Shown: one piece after another, positions 20,725 through 24,000 of the stretch
Layout of the letters: each line of letters starts with the position of its first letter
Numbering within the stretch: position 1 is the stretch's first letter
From: an uncultured Actinomycetota bacterium
Lineage (GTDB): Bacteria > Actinomycetota > Actinomycetes > Actinomycetales > Angustibacteraceae
Direction: 5' to 3'
Assembly: GCA_963759935.1 (NCBI GenBank)
Contig: CAVXBF010000007.1
Location: 35,832 to 59,831, forward strand
DNA: 24,000 bases
The notes under the pieces: generated by a model
Databases searched by the model: none
What the model saw: only the letters and a program-made list of their open reading frames with translations
Told to the model about the DNA's origin: nothing
Program-made: the position numbers and the translations under genes

Positions 20725-20816
20725 GCACAAGGTCTGCACCAGGCGGCACACAACCTGCACCGGATCCACGCGGCGTCTGCCGTCACGGCGTGCCCGGCTT
20801 CCCTAGCGTGACGCCC

Positions 20817-22325
20817 ATGAGTGGACCCATAGCCTCCCGGACGTCGGCACAGCTCGCCTCGACCTTCGCGGCGCCGTGGCCGGGCTCGCCGCAGGCGGCG
20901 TCGGGCCGCACCCTCGCCATCAGCGGCGGGGTTGGCGTACTGGGGGCGCTGTTCCTCGTGGGGCACCAGCCGGGCCTGGCCGCAGCCGTACTGGCGCTGC
21001 TCGTCTGGAGTGCCGCGGCGATAGAGCTGTTGCGCCGCAAGGCCTATCGGGATCTTGGCACCGCCGCCCTCTCGGTGACGCTCGTGTCAATGGTCGCGGT
21101 GCGGGACGCCGGCTGGCTCGTCCTGCTCTGCCTCGCGGCCGCCGCGCTCGCCGGCGCAGTCGCGACGACGTCCGCGCGCACGGCAGTGCAGGTGGTCGCC
21201 AGCGTGCCGGGCTGGCTCGCCGGGGGAGGGCACGCCGTGCGGTGGCTGGGCCGTGGTGTGCGGGCTCGCGCCGAGACCCGGCGCGACCAGGCCGTGGCGG
21301 CGGTCCGCAGCGTGGCGCTCACCGCACTGCTGCTGGGGGTGTTCGGTGCACTCTTCGCGAGCGCCGACACGGTGTTCGCCAGCTACCTGCCGCAGCCCGA
21401 TCTCGGGCTGGTGCCGGCCAGGCTCGCCGTCGGGGTGCTGCTGGCCGTCGCGTGTGCGACGTCCGCCCTGCTGGCGGGCACCGTCCCACCGTGGATGCAC
21501 GTGCAGGCGTCGCCGGCTCGGCGGGCGACCAGGTGGGAGTGGCTGCTCCCGGTCGCCTCGCTCGACCTGCTGGTGCTGGGCTTCGTCCTCGTGCAGGTCT
21601 CGGCGCTGTTCGGCGGGCACCGGCACGTCCTGGAGACGGCCGGACTCACGTACGCGCAGTACACCCGTCAGGGCTTCGCCCAGCTCGTGGCGGCCACCGC
21701 CCTCACCCTGGTCGTCGTGGCAGTGGCTGCCCGGCGCGCGCCCCTGGCGGCAGCGCGCGACCGGCTGATCGTCCGCGCTGCGCTCGGCACGCTGTGCGTC
21801 GCGACCTTGGGGGTGGTGGCCTCGGCCCTGCGCCGGGTGGATCTCTACGTCGAGGCCTTCGGGTTGACCCGGTTGCGGCTGCTGGTGATCACCTCCGAGC
21901 TGGCCCTCGGCGTGCTGCTGGTGCTGGTGCTCGTCGCGGGCGTGCGGTGGCGCGCGGCCTGGCTGCCCCGGGCGACCGTGCACCTGATGGGCGCTGCGGT
22001 GCTCGCGCTCGCGGCGATCAACCCCGATGCGCAGATCGTGCGGCACAACGCCGCGGCTGCGGCTGCGGGGGCGCCGGTGGACGTCGGCTACCTGCGCGGG
22101 CTGTCGGCCGACGCGGTGCCCGCGATGACCGCGCTCCCCGAACCCCTGCGCTCGTGCCTGCTGCCTGCCACGGCCAGGCCGCCGGCAGGAATGGCGGACT
22201 GGAACCTGGGGCGCGCCCGGGCCGCCAGGGCGCTGTCGTCGTCGGGGCACCCGGACACCGGCGGCTCAGCCGACCCGGCCTGGCCGGCGCAGTGTGCCGA
22301 GGTCGCTGCGAGCGCAGGCCGCTAG
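20817..22325 (+). CDS. Polytopic membrane protein, DUF4153/DUF4173-like
   Basis: ATG 20817 (GTG 20808 is an alternative); about 502 aa. Many TM helices. The segments ...ETAGLTYAQYTRQGFAQLVAATALTLVVV... and ...INPDAQIVRHNAAAAAAGAPVDVGYLRGLSADAVPAM resemble that family as I recall it. Function unknown. Confidence 0.6.
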   Translation: MSGPIASRTSAQLASTFAAPWPGSPQAASGRTLAISGGVGVLGALFLVGHQPGLAAAVLALLVWSAAAIELLRRKAYRDLGTAALSVTLVSMVAVRDAGWLVLLCLAAAALAGAVATTSARTAVQVVASVPGWLAGGGHAVRWLGRGVRARAETRRDQAVAAVRSVALTALLLGVFGALFASADTVFASYLPQPDLGLVPARLAVGVLLAVACATSALLAGTVPPWMHVQASPARRATRWEWLLPVASLDLLVLGFVLVQVSALFGGHRHVLETAGLTYAQYTRQGFAQLVAATALTLVVVAVAARRAPLAAARDRLIVRAALGTLCVATLGVVASALRRVDLYVEAFGLTRLRLLVITSELALGVLLVLVLVAGVRWRAAWLPRATVHLMGAAVLALAAINPDAQIVRHNAAAAAAGAPVDVGYLRGLSADAVPAMTALPEPLRSCLLPATARPPAGMADWNLGRARAARALSSSGHPDTGGSADPAWPAQCAEVAASAGR

Positions 22326-23284
22326 GCGGAGCGGCTCGGCCGACGGCAGAACGAGCGGCGGTAGTCCGCAGGTGCCAGCCCGACCACCTTGCGGAAGTGG
22401 TGGCGCAGCAGGGCGGCCGACCCGAACCCGCATCGTTCGGCCACCTGGTCGACCCCCAGGTCGGTCTCCTCCAGCAGGCGTTGGGCGTGCAGGACGCGCT
22501 GCGTGGTGAGCCAGCGGTGCGGGGTGGTGCCCGTCTCGGCGACGAAGCGACGGGCGAAGGTGCGCTCGGACAGCCGGACCTGCCGGGCCAGCGTGGCGAC
22601 ACTGTGCTCGGTGGCCAGGTCGTCGAGCACCGCAGTCAGCAGCGGTTGCAGGCTGTCGGCCGACGGCGGGAGCGGCTGTTCGATGAACTGGCGCTGACCG
22701 CCGTCGCGCTGGGGGGCCACGACCATCCGCCGGGCGATCGCGGTGGCCGCTGCCGTGCCCACCTCGCGGCGCACCAGGTGCAGGCACGCATCGATCCCGG
22801 CCGCGGTGCCGGCGCTGGTGACCAGGTCGCCGTCGTCGACGAACAGCACGTCGGGATCGAGCTCGGCGGTGGGGAAGCGCTCGGCCAGCTGGTCGACGTA
22901 CTTCCAGTGCGTCGTGCACTGCCGACCGTCGAGCAGCCCGGCGGCACCGAGTAGGAACGCCCCGCTGCACACCGAGAGCAGGATCGAGCCCTCGGCGGCG
23001 GCTCGGCGCAGGGCCGCCAGTACGGCCGGCGGGTAGTCGTCGCGGATGGCGGCGGCCGGGACGCCGACCAGATCGGCGCCGCGCAGGCCGTCCAGGCCGT
23101 GGCTGGGCACGATCGCGGCGCCGACACTGGAACTGAGCGGCTCGCCGGGGCGCTCGCCGCAGACCCGGAACTCGAAGGGCGGCACGCCGTCGTCGGTGCG
23201 GTCGATGCCGAACACCTCGCAGAGCACGCCGAACTCGAAGACGGCACAGCCCTCGACCAGGACGACGGCCACGGTGCGGATCAT
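22322..23284 (-). CDS. GlxA-family transcriptional regulator (DJ-1/PfpI-like domain plus AraC HTH)
   Basis: 320 aa from ATG 23284. Nucleophile-elbow region LLSVCSGAFLLGAAGLLDGRQCTTHW. C-terminal AraC HTH ...LARQVRLSERTFARRFVAETGTTPHRWLTTQRVLHAQRLLEETDLGVDQVAERCGFGSAALLRHHF. Confidence 0.9.
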   Translation of the reverse strand: MIRTVAVVLVEGCAVFEFGVLCEVFGIDRTDDGVPPFEFRVCGERPGEPLSSSVGAAIVPSHGLDGLRGADLVGVPAAAIRDDYPPAVLAALRRAAAEGSILLSVCSGAFLLGAAGLLDGRQCTTHWKYVDQLAERFPTAELDPDVLFVDDGDLVTSAGTAAGIDACLHLVRREVGTAAATAIARRMVVAPQRDGGQRQFIEQPLPPSADSLQPLLTAVLDDLATEHSVATLARQVRLSERTFARRFVAETGTTPHRWLTTQRVLHAQRLLEETDLGVDQVAERCGFGSAALLRHHFRKVVGLAPADYRRSFCRRPSRSA

Positions 23285-23371
23285 GACCCGCAGCCTACGT
23301 GGCAGGTTCTTGTTTCACAACGGCATCTCTGCCACTCGTGGCGGGATGCGGAAGAGCGCAAACTTACTGCC

Positions 23372-23629
23372 ATGAGCACCGTACTGATCCTCCTGGCCCT
23401 GTCCGCCCTCGTCGCGCTGGTGGTCCGCCGGCTCGATCACAACGACGCCCGCGGCCGCTCGGCGCCCTGGCTCTCCCCCCCGGGCAGTGACGCCAGCCAC
23501 GACCGTGACGGCGAGCGGGTGCGTGCCGAGCTGCGCGCCAGCGCCGCGAGCCGCGCCGTCCAGCCTGCGGCCACCACGGCGCGCGGCACCAACCACCGCT
23601 GGCACCTCCGGCTGCCGCATGTTGCCTGA
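23372..23629 (+). CDS. Hypothetical small protein with an N-terminal TM helix (85 aa)
   Basis: ATG 23372 follows the only noticeably lower-GC spacer in the window. Begins MSTVLILLALSALVALVVRRL.... No recognisable family. Codon bias is weaker than in neighbouring genes, so the call is tentative. Confidence 0.35.
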   Translation: MSTVLILLALSALVALVVRRLDHNDARGRSAPWLSPPGSDASHDRDGERVRAELRASAASRAVQPAATTARGTNHRWHLRLPHVA

Positions 23630-23641
23630 GCGGCCGCCGGC

Positions 23642-24000
23642 TCAGCTCGTGGCGTCGCGGTCGGCCAGGCGCTCGTAGAGCACCAGGTCGTCGCGGCTGC
23701 CGTCGCGGAGCCGCTCGAGCCGGTGCGCGACGCCGTACTCGCTCATCCCCGCCGCCACGGCGACCTTGCGGGACGCGGCGTTACCGGCGGCGGCCCGCAG
23801 GATGACCCGGCCGAGGCCGAGCCCGCCCTGCTGGACCGGCAGCAGGGCGTGCTCGAGCACGAGCCGGGTCGCCTCGGTGGTGACGCCGCGCCCGCGAGCG
23901 TCGGGGTGCGCCCAGTAGCCGATCTGCGGCTCGGGTGGGGAACCGTCCAGGTCCATCACGCTGATCGCACCCAGGCAGCGGTCGTCGTCCGGGTCGGCGA
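23642..24000 (-). CDS. GNAT family N-acetyltransferase (RimJ/RimL-like), 5' end outside the window
   Basis: The frame is open from the window edge to the stop at 23642. Acetyl-CoA motif-A-like RGRGVTTEA; ...NAASRKVAVAAGMSEYGV...; C-terminus ...LVLYERLADRDATS*. Confidence 0.8.
   Translation of the reverse strand, partial: ADPDDDRCLGAISVMDLDGSPPEPQIGYWAHPDARGRGVTTEATRLVLEHALLPVQQGGLGLGRVILRAAAGNAASRKVAVAAGMSEYGVAHRLERLRDGSRDDLVLYERLADRDATS

Overview
Very GC-rich sequence of Actinomycetota type that reads as conserved chromosomal core, not an accessory island. All family names below come from motif recognition by eye; no database search was run.

Gene order:
- 3' part of a Gly/Ala/Pro-rich low-complexity protein.
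- A CDF metal-efflux gene, frameshifted.
- Adenosylhomocysteinase (ahcY), preceded by a ~270-nt GC-rich leader.
- A seven-gene membrane/MoxR cluster: RDD protein, SpoIIM-like protein, DUF58, MoxR AAA+ ATPase, DUF4350, DUF4129, and a Pro/Gly-rich polytopic membrane protein.
- The conserved actinobacterial mtrA-mtrB-lpqB operon, then a comF-like phosphoribosyltransferase.
- A 276-nt highly structured spacer, at the position where the raiA-motif ncRNA is known to sit.
- Long-form hpf and an orphan LuxR-type response regulator.
- A translationally coupled trio: DinB-like protein, AlkZ/YcaQ-like protein, MFS transporter.
- A DUF4153/DUF4173-like membrane protein, a GlxA-type AraC regulator, a small TM ORF, and a partial GNAT acetyltransferase.

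I saw no rRNA, tRNA, CRISPR array, transposase, integrase or recognisable defence gene.

The most striking sequence-level observation is eight frame breaks in five otherwise well-conserved genes. Each break lies at a short G/C run. One of them creates an artefactual 1148-aa MtrB-LpqB ORF. I interpret these as probable homopolymer sequencing or assembly errors rather than gene decay.

I do not see convincing evidence for a wholly new system. The least understood elements are the MoxR/DUF58/DUF4350/DUF4129/RDD/SpoIIM cluster, the comF-hpf structured RNA, and the DinB-AlkZ-MFS cassette.
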